A DNA stretch of 64,000 bases from an uncultured Bacilli bacterium (GTDB lineage Bacteria > Bacillota_I > Bacilli_A > RF39 > UBA660), in NCBI GenBank assembly GCA_947632495.1, contig CANRPL010000001.1, forward strand, positions 997 to 64,996, read 5' to 3'. The translations under genes and the position numbers were made by a program. The notes below the pieces were generated by a model. That model saw only the letters and a program-made list of their open reading frames with translations. It was not told the origin of the DNA and ran no database searches. This document shows positions 28,572 through 38,176 of the stretch, in pieces (positions within the stretch are counted from its first letter, which is position 1; every line of letters begins with the position of its first letter).

Positions 28572-29615
28572 ATGAAAAAAGGACGTGCTGTAAAAGTCAT
28601 GATACTTCTTCTCATCATTTTATTTGCCGTCTTTATTGGACTTTATCTAGGATTATCCAAAAAGACAGAAAAGAAAGGATCTACAAAATCACCACAACCA
28701 GAAGAAGTAAAAAAAATAAAAATAATCGATTTAGATTCTAATAGCCGTAATATTGCTGTTATGTATAATAATATTTCAACCGTATGGGATTATCAAGCGG
28801 GACTTGATGATGCCTATATCGTTTATGAAATGTTAGTTGAAGGTGGGTATACGAGATTAATGGCTATTTTTAAAGATAAAAATCTTGATCGCATTGGTAG
28901 TGTACGTAGTTCTAGACCATACTTTTTAGATTATGCTTTAGAAAATGATGCCATATACATTCATTTTGGAGCTAGTCAAACAGCCCTAGATGATATTAAA
29001 TCGTTAGGGGTTGATAATATTAATTTTATGAATTATAGTGCTGGCTATGTCCGTGATAAGTCTCTAAATTTAGCATTAGAACATACGGCTTTTACTTCTA
29101 GTGAAAGGATAAACAAAGGAATTGATAAATATCAATACCGCAATACTACAACGGTAAAACCTGTTTTAGACTATAGTGTCGATGAGATTGATTTAAGTAA
29201 GATGGATGGCGCTATTAAAGCGGATGAGATATTAATTTCTTTTTCTGGTGTGCGTTCAACATCCTTTACTTATGACCCTAATAATAAAGTATATTTAAGA
29301 AGTCAAGGAACAGCTAAAGGTAATTATGAGCATCTTGATGGTGTAACTAAAAAACAATATACAGCTAAAAATATTATCACCTATCAATTACCTTGTAAAA
29401 CTATCGATAGCGCTGGACGTCAAGCTATAACAACAACTGGTGGGGGAAAAGGCTACTATATTACTGATGGTTATGCTATACCTATTACGTGGGAAAAGAA
29501 TACTAGAACTAGTCAAACTGTCTATCGCTATGTAACTGGTGAGAAGATTAAAGTTAATGATGGAAATACGCATATTGAAATTCAACCTAGTACAAGACAA
29601 TTAAAAATAAGTTAA
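28572..29615 (+). CDS. DUF3048 (YerB-like) secreted or membrane-anchored protein
   Basis: N-terminal TM/signal anchor. YIVYEMLVEGGYTRLMAIF...SVRSSRPYFLDYA matches the DUF3048 N-domain. Confidence 0.65.
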   Translation: MKKGRAVKVMILLLIILFAVFIGLYLGLSKKTEKKGSTKSPQPEEVKKIKIIDLDSNSRNIAVMYNNISTVWDYQAGLDDAYIVYEMLVEGGYTRLMAIFKDKNLDRIGSVRSSRPYFLDYALENDAIYIHFGASQTALDDIKSLGVDNINFMNYSAGYVRDKSLNLALEHTAFTSSERINKGIDKYQYRNTTTVKPVLDYSVDEIDLSKMDGAIKADEILISFSGVRSTSFTYDPNNKVYLRSQGTAKGNYEHLDGVTKKQYTAKNIITYQLPCKTIDSAGRQAITTTGGGKGYYITDGYAIPITWEKNTRTSQTVYRYVTGEKIKVNDGNTHIEIQPSTRQLKIS

Positions 29616-29691
29616 GGCTTTTCATATGCTATAGTAGTGATTTTGCAAAACGCTAACTTTGTGTTATAATGGTAAGGTCGGGAGATGAGTT

Positions 29692-30204
29692 ATGCCAAAT
29701 TATGAAAGGGATCAGCAATATATTAGAATCATTAATCCGATAATGCGTGATGATGATTTTAGTCAGATGAAGGATATCCAACATCATGATGATACGAGAT
29801 TAAACCATTCCCTTAAAGTATCGTATTATTCATATAAAATTGCTAAAGCCTTAAAATTGGATTATGAAGATGTCGCTCGTGGAGGATTACTACATGATTT
29901 TTACCTAGATCAAATTCGTGAGCAAAAGACAATTAAAGATAAAGTTTTATTATATACATCTAAGCATCCTAATGATGCATTAGATAATGCTAAAAAGCAT
30001 TTTGATATTACTGAAAAAGAGCAGGATATTATTCGTACGCATATGTTTCCTGTTGATGTTAAAGTACCAAAATATGCTGAAAGTTGGATTGTTAGCATTG
30101 TCGATAAAGGTGTAAGTATTAAAGAATTCAGTCATAAATTCCATCAACAATTATCATGGACAACTAATTTATACTTTTTATTAATATTAAACTTTATAAG
30201 ATAG
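29692..30204 (+). CDS. HD-domain phosphohydrolase
   Basis: H...HD motif (LNHSLKVSYYSY...GGLLHDF). An extended -10 TGtTATAAT sits at 29662-29670. Confidence 0.65.
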   Translation: MPNYERDQQYIRIINPIMRDDDFSQMKDIQHHDDTRLNHSLKVSYYSYKIAKALKLDYEDVARGGLLHDFYLDQIREQKTIKDKVLLYTSKHPNDALDNAKKHFDITEKEQDIIRTHMFPVDVKVPKYAESWIVSIVDKGVSIKEFSHKFHQQLSWTTNLYFLLILNFIR

Positions 30205-30228
30205 AATTAGCTAATTCTATCTTTTTTG
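30201..30228 (+). terminator. Rho-independent terminator
   Basis: 20-nt perfect palindrome ATAGAATTAGCTAATTCTAT followed by CTTTTTT. Confidence 0.55.
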
Positions 30229-30247
30229 TGTTATAATTTATCTAGAT

Positions 30248-30323
30248 GTCCTCATAGCATATTCGGATAGTGCGCGCCCCTCCTAAGGGTGAAAGGTAGG
30301 TTCGAATCCTACTGGGGACACCA
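30248..30323 (+). tRNA. tRNA-Arg (anticodon CCU)
   Basis: 76 nt. Acceptor GTCCTCA/TGGGGAC, anticodon stem CGCCC/GGGTG with loop CTCCTAA, T-arm GTAGG-TTCGAAT-CCTAC, encoded CCA. An extended -10 TGtTATAAT lies at 30229-30237. Confidence 0.85.
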
Positions 30324-30445
30324 TCTTATTAATAAAGCCTTATTTTATAAGACTTTTTTAATTTCTACTAATATAATTTATTTTTAAAACATCGATTTTT
30401 TTCTGTTATATGCTATACTTATATAGTAGGGAAAGGTTGAAAAGT

Positions 30446-31969
30446 ATGAAGACGTTATTAACGAAAGAACAAAAAATATTAGAAGTTTTAGCTGATATAT
30501 ACATTTTTATAATGATAATTATTTTTCCGTTAATTGTTGATAAAACGGGATTTTTCCATATATTAGAGTGTAAGTGGAATGCTTATGTTATTATTTCAAG
30601 TATGTATATTGTCGCTAATATTTTAGTACTTTTATATTTTTTATTTTTCAAAAAAATAATTTGCTTAAAAAAATCTAATTTTTTAATTGTACAATGGTTA
30701 GCCATCGGTTTTTGGCTGATTAATATAATTTCTTGTTTTCTATCACCATTTTTGAAAAAATACAATTTATTTATTGGAGTTGGCCGTGGCGAAGGACTTA
30801 TTGTTATGTCTTTATACGTCATCACCTTTTTATGCGTTTCTTTATTTGCTAAATTTAAAAGAAGATATATCTTGTATTTTTCTTTATCATCTATTCTTTT
30901 AAATTTAGTCGCTATTTTGCAATATATTGGTTTTAATCCTTTTAATATGTATCAAAGGGGAATTGGTACTCATAATGTAAGTTTTATGACAACAATTGGC
31001 AACATTGATTTTATTTCAGCAATGTATTGTATTTTATTGTCAATATCGATAAGCGCCTATATTTTTTTAGAAGATAATAAAAATTGGGAAAAGTTAGTGC
31101 ATATTATATCAATATTAATGGGTTTTTTTATTATTGGAATCATAAATGTACAAAGCGGAAAAGTTGCTTTTTTAGGAACATTAATTATAATTTTGCCGTT
31201 TATTGTTGCTAATAATAAGAGGTTATCAAGGTTTTTAGTGGTAATATCGACTATTTTGATGGCATATTGTATAAATATTATTATTAATCCAGAATATCAT
31301 TATGACATTCATCAATTAAATTTATATTTTCAATTTAACTATATCGTTGTGTTATTTTTTATTGTATGTGGCGTTTTAATATTTTTAGCTCGGATTCTTA
31401 ATAAACTGGAATTTGATATATCTAATAATAAAAAAATAATTAAATATTTTTATTTAGGATTAACCTCAATGGGCGTTCTCTGTTTAATAGGTGTGTTTTT
31501 CATAAAGTTTAAAAGTGGATTATTATATGAAGTTCATGAATTATTGCATGGCCATTTTAATGATGAATTTGGAACTTATCGAATATTTTTATGGAAAAGA
31601 ACTTTAAACCTTATTCCTCAATTTCCAATATTGGGATCAGGACCTGATACTTTTGCTATAAGATTTATGGCGAAATATAGTGCTGATGTCGCTGCGATAG
31701 GACCATTAACAATAAATGATACAGCTGCGAATGTTTATTTAACAATGATTGTAAATGTTGGCATAATTGGTTTATTAGATTATTTATTTTTCCTTTTCTT
31801 TCAAATTAAAAGAGGAGTAAAACATATAAATCCTTATTCGGCTATTTTTATAATCGCTTTAATTTGTTATGCAATTCAAGATTTTTTTAACTTGTCATTA
31901 GTTATAGTTACACCTATTTTTTGGTTGGTTATGGCTTTACATCATAAAAGTCTTGAAAAACAATATTGA
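30446..31969 (+). CDS. O-antigen ligase/polymerase (Wzy_C) family polytopic membrane protein
   Basis: About 12 TM helices and a periplasmic-loop motif WKRTLNLIPQFPILGSGPDTF typical of the WaaL/Wzy_C family. ATG 30446 is in frame with ORF 30410. Confidence 0.55.
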   Translation: MKTLLTKEQKILEVLADIYIFIMIIIFPLIVDKTGFFHILECKWNAYVIISSMYIVANILVLLYFLFFKKIICLKKSNFLIVQWLAIGFWLINIISCFLSPFLKKYNLFIGVGRGEGLIVMSLYVITFLCVSLFAKFKRRYILYFSLSSILLNLVAILQYIGFNPFNMYQRGIGTHNVSFMTTIGNIDFISAMYCILLSISISAYIFLEDNKNWEKLVHIISILMGFFIIGIINVQSGKVAFLGTLIIILPFIVANNKRLSRFLVVISTILMAYCINIIINPEYHYDIHQLNLYFQFNYIVVLFFIVCGVLIFLARILNKLEFDISNNKKIIKYFYLGLTSMGVLCLIGVFFIKFKSGLLYEVHELLHGHFNDEFGTYRIFLWKRTLNLIPQFPILGSGPDTFAIRFMAKYSADVAAIGPLTINDTAANVYLTMIVNVGIIGLLDYLFFLFFQIKRGVKHINPYSAIFIIALICYAIQDFFNLSLVIVTPIFWLVMALHHKSLEKQY

Positions 31970-32022
31970 AAAAAATGTCAAATTAATATACAATTATATA
32001 GGATATGGAGAGTGTAAATGTT

Positions 32023-33666
32023 ATGAATAAGAATAAAATAGTCCAATATATCGTTGGTGTTGCTGCTATTTTTACCTTGGGTATATTTATTGGATATCAA
32101 CTAAATTTTGGCGTTTTTTCGTCAATTCAAGAAAAGTTACCTAGCGTAAATAATGACGCTTCAGATGCTGACGCTAGTGATGCCAATGCTAGTGACGCTA
32201 ATGCTTCAGATGCTAACGCCAGTGATGCTAATGCTTCTGATGCAGATGCTAGTGCAACAGATAACATTATGTATTTACAAAGTTTTTCTTTAGGTAGTTC
32301 TAGTGTTAAAAAAGGAGATAAGGTTAGTGTAGATATTGTAACAATGGGAGCATGTAATTCAGCAGCTTCAATCGTATTTAAAAGTTCAACTGGAATGACT
32401 TTTACAGCTCAAGTTCAAGATATAACTGATAATCCTTATATTGTAATTCCAAATACGGTTATAGCGACAACATATTCAGTTACAGATGTTTTATTAGTAG
32501 GAAGAAATAGTGATAATTCTACATTTACAAAACAATTTAGTAAGACAGGTGCAAATAGTTTTCCTTTTGCTAATACATTGACAGTCGTTGAAAGCGATGC
32601 TTCTGCTACAAATTCAAAAATAGACTTGAAAAGTATTTCACTTGATAGAATAGCTGCCAAAGTAGGGGATAAGATTTATGTTAATATTAGTACAAGTGAA
32701 CAATTAACCGGTTTAAAATTAGGCTTTACTTCTAATGATAATAAAACTTTTACTGTAATTGCAATGGATTTAGGAACAACTAAACCTTACATTGAAATAC
32801 CTTCAACGACAGTAAGTGGAGTCTATTCTTTAACAAGTGCTATTTTATCAACTGATGATGTTTCTACTGCTTATAGTAAAAATGGATCTGTTGGAACAAC
32901 AAAGTTTAATTTTACAACCTCGTTAAATATCAGCAATGCTACTGAATCATCTTTTATATATAATAATGATGATGTAGATTCTACCATTTTAACGCAATTA
33001 TATGATGCTCCAAATGGAACAAATATAACTATAAATGTCGATTCTAACACTTTGCTAAATGGAGAATTGTTTGATGCAATTAAAGGTAAAAATAAAAAAT
33101 TGACAATTAATTATCAAAACAATCAAATTGTCTTTAATGGTAATGATATCAATAGTTCTAAAACGATTGATATCAAAATGACAGTTGCTAAAGTATCAAG
33201 CAATGAAAATATTAGTAAGCTTGTTTCAGATGGTATAGTTGTAAATTTCCCTGATAATGGAAATTTACCTGGAAAAGCACTAGTTAGAGTTAAAGCAACT
33301 GATGAAATTGTTAAAGTTCTAAATAAAAGAGTATACGTTTATGTCTATAATGAATCATCAAATGATTTTTGTGAAATTGATACTGATGTTACTAAAAGCT
33401 CAGATGGCTATTATGAATTTGATATTACCCATAACTCTGACTATTTAATTGTCAATAAAAAATTGGCTGATAATTTGGTTGTTAGTCAAGAAGAGGAAAA
33501 TGTTGTTTCATTCTTAAAGGGTAATACAACATACTTAATGTTAATAGCGATTGCCATAGTAGTTATAATATTAGTAACGATATTAATAGTTGTATTGAAA
33601 AATAAAAAGAAAAAAGTTTCTTCAGAAACGAAAAATAACAATTCTAGCACCAATATGATACAATAA
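32023..33666 (+). CDS. Cell-surface protein with an N-terminal signal anchor, (DA[SN]A)n repeat, Ig-like beta-rich region and C-terminal TM anchor
   Basis: ATG 32023 with GGAGAG upstream. The hydrophobic N-terminus is followed by a DASDADASDANASDANASDANASDANASDADASA repeat, a T/S/N-rich beta-type region, and a C-terminal TM helix with KNKKKK. Confidence 0.55.
   Translation: MNKNKIVQYIVGVAAIFTLGIFIGYQLNFGVFSSIQEKLPSVNNDASDADASDANASDANASDANASDANASDADASATDNIMYLQSFSLGSSSVKKGDKVSVDIVTMGACNSAASIVFKSSTGMTFTAQVQDITDNPYIVIPNTVIATTYSVTDVLLVGRNSDNSTFTKQFSKTGANSFPFANTLTVVESDASATNSKIDLKSISLDRIAAKVGDKIYVNISTSEQLTGLKLGFTSNDNKTFTVIAMDLGTTKPYIEIPSTTVSGVYSLTSAILSTDDVSTAYSKNGSVGTTKFNFTTSLNISNATESSFIYNNDDVDSTILTQLYDAPNGTNITINVDSNTLLNGELFDAIKGKNKKLTINYQNNQIVFNGNDINSSKTIDIKMTVAKVSSNENISKLVSDGIVVNFPDNGNLPGKALVRVKATDEIVKVLNKRVYVYVYNESSNDFCEIDTDVTKSSDGYYEFDITHNSDYLIVNKKLADNLVVSQEEENVVSFLKGNTTYLMLIAIAIVVIILVTILIVVLKNKKKKVSSETKNNNSSTNMIQ
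32152..32254 (+). repeat. Intragenic 12-nt tandem repeat (about 8 units, gatgctaatgct-like)
   Basis: gacgcttcagatgctgacgctagtgatgccaatgctagtgacgctaatgcttcagatgctaacgccagtgatgctaatgcttctgatgcagatgct, encoding (S/N)DA(D/N)A units. Confidence 0.6.
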
Positions 33667-33692
33667 AAATATGTTTTTTAGATAAAAATAAG

Positions 33693-33718
33693 ACTACACA
33701 GTTGTGTAGTTTTATTTT
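33693..33718. terminator. Bidirectional terminator between convergent genes
   Basis: Stem ACTACACA-gt-TGTGTAGT flanked by an A-run and TTTATTTT. Confidence 0.6.
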
Positions 33719-34311
33719 CCCTTTTCACAGTAAGCAATTATATAGCCATTTATCTCTTTTATTAATCCAGCTTTAACATTTTTATCATTACAATATACTT
33801 TATCATTTTGAATTTTAAATTCGACATTTAAAATATCTTTAAGATCTTTTCCTTCCATTTTAAAATAAGCTTCTTTTAACGTGTATATAGTAAATATTCT
33901 TTCAATAATTTTTCTTTTATCCATTAATATATATTCTTTTTCCTTTTCAGTTGCGATTTTGTTTATGACATTTAAAGAGGTATTTCTTATCCTTTCAATA
34001 TCAACTCCAATTTCTTTTTTTGAAATAGCGGTTACAATATAGTCATATGAATGACTGATACTAAAATAAATATTATTATTTCCTATATAGGGTTTTCCGT
34101 AATAATTGGTGTAGAATTTTAGATCATGATACGAAATATTATGCCTCAAAAGTAAATCTTCAAGACCAATTTCCCCAATGATAGAATTAATTTTAGCTTT
34201 ATAACTTTTGTATTTTTTAATTTTATCTTTTTTATAAGTTGGTAGTTTTTCATAAAAATAAGTCAGTTGCTTATCATTAAATTTATTACTTTCATTAATT
34301 ACATATTCCAT
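33712..34311 (-). CDS. 4'-phosphopantetheinyl transferase (Sfp type)
   Basis: GVDIERI motif and FTIYTLKEAYFKMEGKDL, which fits the (W/F)xxKEA motif. Confidence 0.7.
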   Translation of the reverse strand: MEYVINESNKFNDKQLTYFYEKLPTYKKDKIKKYKSYKAKINSIIGEIGLEDLLLRHNISYHDLKFYTNYYGKPYIGNNNIYFSISHSYDYIVTAISKKEIGVDIERIRNTSLNVINKIATEKEKEYILMDKRKIIERIFTIYTLKEAYFKMEGKDLKDILNVEFKIQNDKVYCNDKNVKAGLIKEINGYIIAYCEKGK

Positions 34312-34452
34312 TTTCTGACCTCTATTCTAATTATAAAGGACAACTTTTAATTTTGCAATTATCAATGGATGCCATTTAGGCAGTATATTATTTTGACGTT
34401 ATTTATGATATAATTTTAGAGAGTGTTTATATTATAGAGATGAAGCGATAGT

Positions 34453-35280
34453 ATGAGAAGAAAATTATTTTGTGAGATAAGTCCAACGACTTATAAAATT
34501 TCGTTGGAAAAAGAAATTTTATTAAGACATATTAAAAATTTTTTTAGTAGTGATAAAATAGCTAAAACGCATTCTAAAGAAGAATTACCTAATATTGTTA
34601 AGAGTCATAGCTCAATCTTGATAAGAAAATTATTGGGCGTTGATATCAAGTTACAAGAAAATAAAGTAACTAATATTATGCTTGCTTGTAATAAAATTAA
34701 TGGTATTGTTATTCATCCGGGTGAAACTTTTTCTTACTGGAGTACATTAGGCAAAGCCGGTAAGAAACAAGGATATAAAGAAGGACTAGTAATAGGGATG
34801 AAAGGTATGACATCAGGTTATGGTGGTGGACTTTGTCAGATGGCCAATATGATTCACTATCTTGTTTTAAATAGCCCACTAAAAGTAACTGAATTACATC
34901 ATCATTCCGATGCTTTATTTCCTGATGAAAGAAGAAGGGTTCCTTTTGGAACAGGAACTTCTGTATGTTATAACAATGCTGATTATCGTTTTAAGAACAC
35001 TTCTGATCAAGATGTTCAAATTCTTGTATGGTGTGAAAATGGTGAATTATGTGGTGAATTAAGAAGTGAGAGACCATTTCCATACCGCTATAAATTGATT
35101 GAAGAAAATCATCATTTTAGAAAAGAAGGCGATAGGTATTATCGTATTTCACAAGTGTATAGAGTAGTAATAGATAGACTCACGAATGAAGAATTATATA
35201 AGGAACTAATATTGGATAATCATTCACAAGTATTATATGATTATTCACAAATACCTAAAGATCAAATAAGGAATGATTAG
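34453..35280 (+). CDS. VanW-family protein
   Basis: YGGGLCQMANMIHYLVLNSPL...CYNNADYRFKNTSDQDVQILVW matches the VanW domain core. Confidence 0.65.
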   Translation: MRRKLFCEISPTTYKISLEKEILLRHIKNFFSSDKIAKTHSKEELPNIVKSHSSILIRKLLGVDIKLQENKVTNIMLACNKINGIVIHPGETFSYWSTLGKAGKKQGYKEGLVIGMKGMTSGYGGGLCQMANMIHYLVLNSPLKVTELHHHSDALFPDERRRVPFGTGTSVCYNNADYRFKNTSDQDVQILVWCENGELCGELRSERPFPYRYKLIEENHHFRKEGDRYYRISQVYRVVIDRLTNEELYKELILDNHSQVLYDYSQIPKDQIRND

Positions 35281-36688
35281 GATGCTAAATAAGATAAAAA
35301 ACATAGTAGATAGATATCCAACGCGTATTGCTTACCAAGTTAATGATGAGTCCATAACATATGAAGAACTATGGAATCGTGCTTCATTTTATGCCCATCT
35401 TTTAAAAAGACAAGGAGTATCTCCAGTAATAATATATGGTGATAAAGATATTAATGTTGTCATTTCCATACTAGCTTGTATAATAGCTAATAGGGTATAC
35501 GTACCTATAGGTTCTTGTTCACCTATTAATAGAGTTAAAAAAATAGCCGAGCTTACCGGTTCTTTATTGGTTTTATCTGATAATATTAATCAGCTAGAAA
35601 ATATCGATTGGTGCAGTTTAGAAGAATTAAAAAAATATGAAGATGCGGAACCAAAAGAAAACGATAATGATATTGTTTATATAATATTTACATCAGGAAG
35701 TACAGGAGTTCCTAAAGGTGTACCTATATCAAAAACTAATTTAAATAATTTCATTTTTTGGATTAGTAACTTAAAGCCACTATGTGGCTATAAGCATGTC
35801 AATGTTTTAAATCAAGCTAGTTTTAGCTTTGATTTGAGTGTTGCTGATTTATATTATTCTTTGTGCAACGGGCATAAATTAATTGCTTATGATAATGATA
35901 TTCAAGAAAATTATGATAAAATTTTTGATTTAATGACAGAAATTGATGTTGCGGTGATGACACCGACATTTATGAAATTGTGTTTGCTTAATCCGAACTT
36001 TGATTGCCAAAAATATCCTAGATTTAAATGTGTTTATTTTTGTGGGGAATTGTTAGAAGTAAAGACAGTTCAAAAAATTTACTCTCGATTTCCTAATTTG
36101 AAAATAATTAATGCTTATGGACCAACAGAGGCTACATCGGCTGTATCAGCCATATTGATTACTAAAGATATGGCTAATAATTTTAAATTGCTTCCTGTTG
36201 GTGAAGTTGATACTTTTGCTACAGATATTGAAATAGTTAACGGTGAAATAGTCTTAAAAGGCGATAGCGTTTTTGGAGGATACATATCTAATTATATAGG
36301 AGGATATTATCAAGAAAAGGGTATCAATTGTTATAAAACTGGTGATATAGGATATATTGAAGAAGGAAAATTATATTGTAAAGGTCGAATAGATAACCAA
36401 ATAAAATATAATGGTTATCGCATTGAATTAAATGATATAGAGCATAATATTAATCTAATAGATGGTGTTAAAGATTGTGCTGTAGTTGCCAAATATAATG
36501 AAAATTTAGTGGTTAAAACAATTAAAGCTTATGTTGTAGCGGATAGTGATATAACAAGTGATTATATTAAAGAACAATTGGCTGAAATTTTACCAAAATA
36601 TATGATTCCTAAAACAATTAAATTTGTGGATAGGTTACCTATAAATCAAAATGGCAAAGTTGATAGAAAGGCATTAAGTGAATTATGA
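35273..36688 (+). CDS. DltA-like carrier-protein ligase (stand-alone adenylation enzyme)
   Basis: Close to DltA end to end: ESITYEELWNRAS, IIFTSGSTGVPKGV, YGPTEAT, YKTGDIGY, NGKVDRKAL. An alternative start is ATG 35282. Confidence 0.8.
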   Translation: MIRMLNKIKNIVDRYPTRIAYQVNDESITYEELWNRASFYAHLLKRQGVSPVIIYGDKDINVVISILACIIANRVYVPIGSCSPINRVKKIAELTGSLLVLSDNINQLENIDWCSLEELKKYEDAEPKENDNDIVYIIFTSGSTGVPKGVPISKTNLNNFIFWISNLKPLCGYKHVNVLNQASFSFDLSVADLYYSLCNGHKLIAYDNDIQENYDKIFDLMTEIDVAVMTPTFMKLCLLNPNFDCQKYPRFKCVYFCGELLEVKTVQKIYSRFPNLKIINAYGPTEATSAVSAILITKDMANNFKLLPVGEVDTFATDIEIVNGEIVLKGDSVFGGYISNYIGGYYQEKGINCYKTGDIGYIEEGKLYCKGRIDNQIKYNGYRIELNDIEHNINLIDGVKDCAVVAKYNENLVVKTIKAYVVADSDITSDYIKEQLAEILPKYMIPKTIKFVDRLPINQNGKVDRKALSEL

Positions 36689-36930
36689 TGAATAAAGAAA
36701 TTGATATACCTAAAATATTGTATGAAATTTGTGAAGATGATGGTGTATACGAAGATGGTATAGATTTAATTGATAGTGGATTACTAGACTCTTATGCTTT
36801 TATTGAACTTTTTTCAATATTAGAAGACTATGGTATAGATATTCAGCCAACGAGGATTGATAGAACACAATTGAGAACTATAAAGGGGATTGAAAACTTG
36901 GTTGATGAATATTTAAGGAATCATGAATAG
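36685..36930 (+). CDS. DltC-like small carrier protein (4'-phosphopantetheine attachment)
   Basis: 81 aa. IDSGLLDSYAFIELFSILEDYGIDI aligns with the DltC GLLDS phosphopantetheine-attachment serine region. Its start overlaps the DltA-like stop (ATGA). Confidence 0.7.
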   Translation: MMNKEIDIPKILYEICEDDGVYEDGIDLIDSGLLDSYAFIELFSILEDYGIDIQPTRIDRTQLRTIKGIENLVDEYLRNHE

Positions 36931-37070
36931 AGTTTTATAGTAACTTTTGGACAAAAAATGTACTTGCTAAAAGTATGTCTTTTATGTTATATTGAACTCG
37001 TCAATTAAACTAAAATAAAATACATTTGATTGTTGAAATCAGATGTTTTTATTATAAAGGTGTGATAGTG

Positions 37071-38012
37071 ATGAAAAAGGAAATATTAGTTAAAGAATTA
37101 AAAGATGTAAAATTAGTCGCACATCGTTTAGGCTATCAAATGACACCATATCCGGAAAATTCATTAGAAGCCATCGAATATATTTTTAAACATCAAGAGC
37201 TTTTAGATTCCTGTTATGGCTTTGAATTTGATATTTGTTTTACAAAAGATCATATTCCTGTTGTTATTCATGATAAATATCTTGATGATGTATCTAACCA
37301 CAATGGTTTAGTTAGAAATTATTCATTAGATGTCTTGCGACAATTTACCTTTAGTTTCCGTAAGAGTGTGAATGCCTCATCGACACTTTCATATAAGATT
37401 ATAACTCTAGAAGAACTGTTAGATTTTTTTAATACACATAAAGATAAACTAAAAGATAAGATTATTAAAATTGAAACAAAAGATTATTTTTTGTATAACC
37501 GAAATAATTTTAATATGAAAAATATTAGTCAATTTGTAGAGATAGTTAATAGATTTCCTAATTTGTCGCGTAATATAATTCATCTATCTTTTTGGCCTTT
37601 AAACTTATGGTTAAGTAAAAAAATACAAAAAAGAAAGAAGTATTTTGTTGTACCAACAGATTTACTGTGTGACTATTCGGTAGCGTTTTTTATAACACAT
37701 TTTATGTCTTCAATTGATAATGTGTCGTTAAGGATTAAGGTGACTGATACTGAAACTTTAAAAGGCACTTCTAAATGTGTTAGACGTAAAATAAAGCGTG
37801 ATTTATGGTTAATGAAACACGCTAACGTCTTAAGTAATAAGCGAATAAAATATGTTTTAAAGAAATATTCAACAGTTGGTCTTTATACTTTGCGGACGGA
37901 AAAAGAATTAGATACTTTATGTCAAGTTTTAGATGAACCTTTTTTTAAATATTATAAAGATAAAATTATCATTACGACCGACAATCCATCTATCTTAAAA
38001 AAGATTAAATGA
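37071..38012 (+). CDS. Glycerophosphodiester phosphodiesterase (GDPD)-like protein
   Basis: ORF 37026 begins at a TTG. ATG 37071 (MKKEIL...) with AAAGGTG upstream is preferred. HRLGY...PENSLEA and EFDICFTKDHIPVVIHD match the GDPD HR(x)G / EN(S/T) / E.D...DG..V..HD motifs. Confidence 0.55.
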   Translation: MKKEILVKELKDVKLVAHRLGYQMTPYPENSLEAIEYIFKHQELLDSCYGFEFDICFTKDHIPVVIHDKYLDDVSNHNGLVRNYSLDVLRQFTFSFRKSVNASSTLSYKIITLEELLDFFNTHKDKLKDKIIKIETKDYFLYNRNNFNMKNISQFVEIVNRFPNLSRNIIHLSFWPLNLWLSKKIQKRKKYFVVPTDLLCDYSVAFFITHFMSSIDNVSLRIKVTDTETLKGTSKCVRRKIKRDLWLMKHANVLSNKRIKYVLKKYSTVGLYTLRTEKELDTLCQVLDEPFFKYYKDKIIITTDNPSILKKIK

Positions 38013-38072
38013 TTTATTAATATATCTTTTATTTATATGTTATCCTTCTTCCTTTAACATCATTTGATACTA

Positions 38073-38102
38073 AACTCAAACTTTGATGGTTTGAGTTTTA
38101 AT
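38073..38102 (+). terminator. Rho-independent terminator
   Basis: 10-bp stem AAACTCAAAC-tttgatg-GTTTGAGTTT followed by a T-rich tract. Confidence 0.5.
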
Positions 38103-38176
38103 TTGTCTAAATTTATGTTAAAATAATTACCAATTTGTATTGATGTCTTGTCAAATAAAAAATGTGGGGAGTTAAT

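Noticed and set aside
35273-36930. Calling the region a canonical dlt (D-alanylation of teichoic acid) operon
   Set aside because: DltA- and DltC-like genes are present, but no MBOAT (dltB) or dltD homolog exists anywhere in the 64-kb window, and the neighbours (VanW, PPTase, GDPD) are not dlt genes. The region is therefore reported as an orphan adenylase/carrier system.
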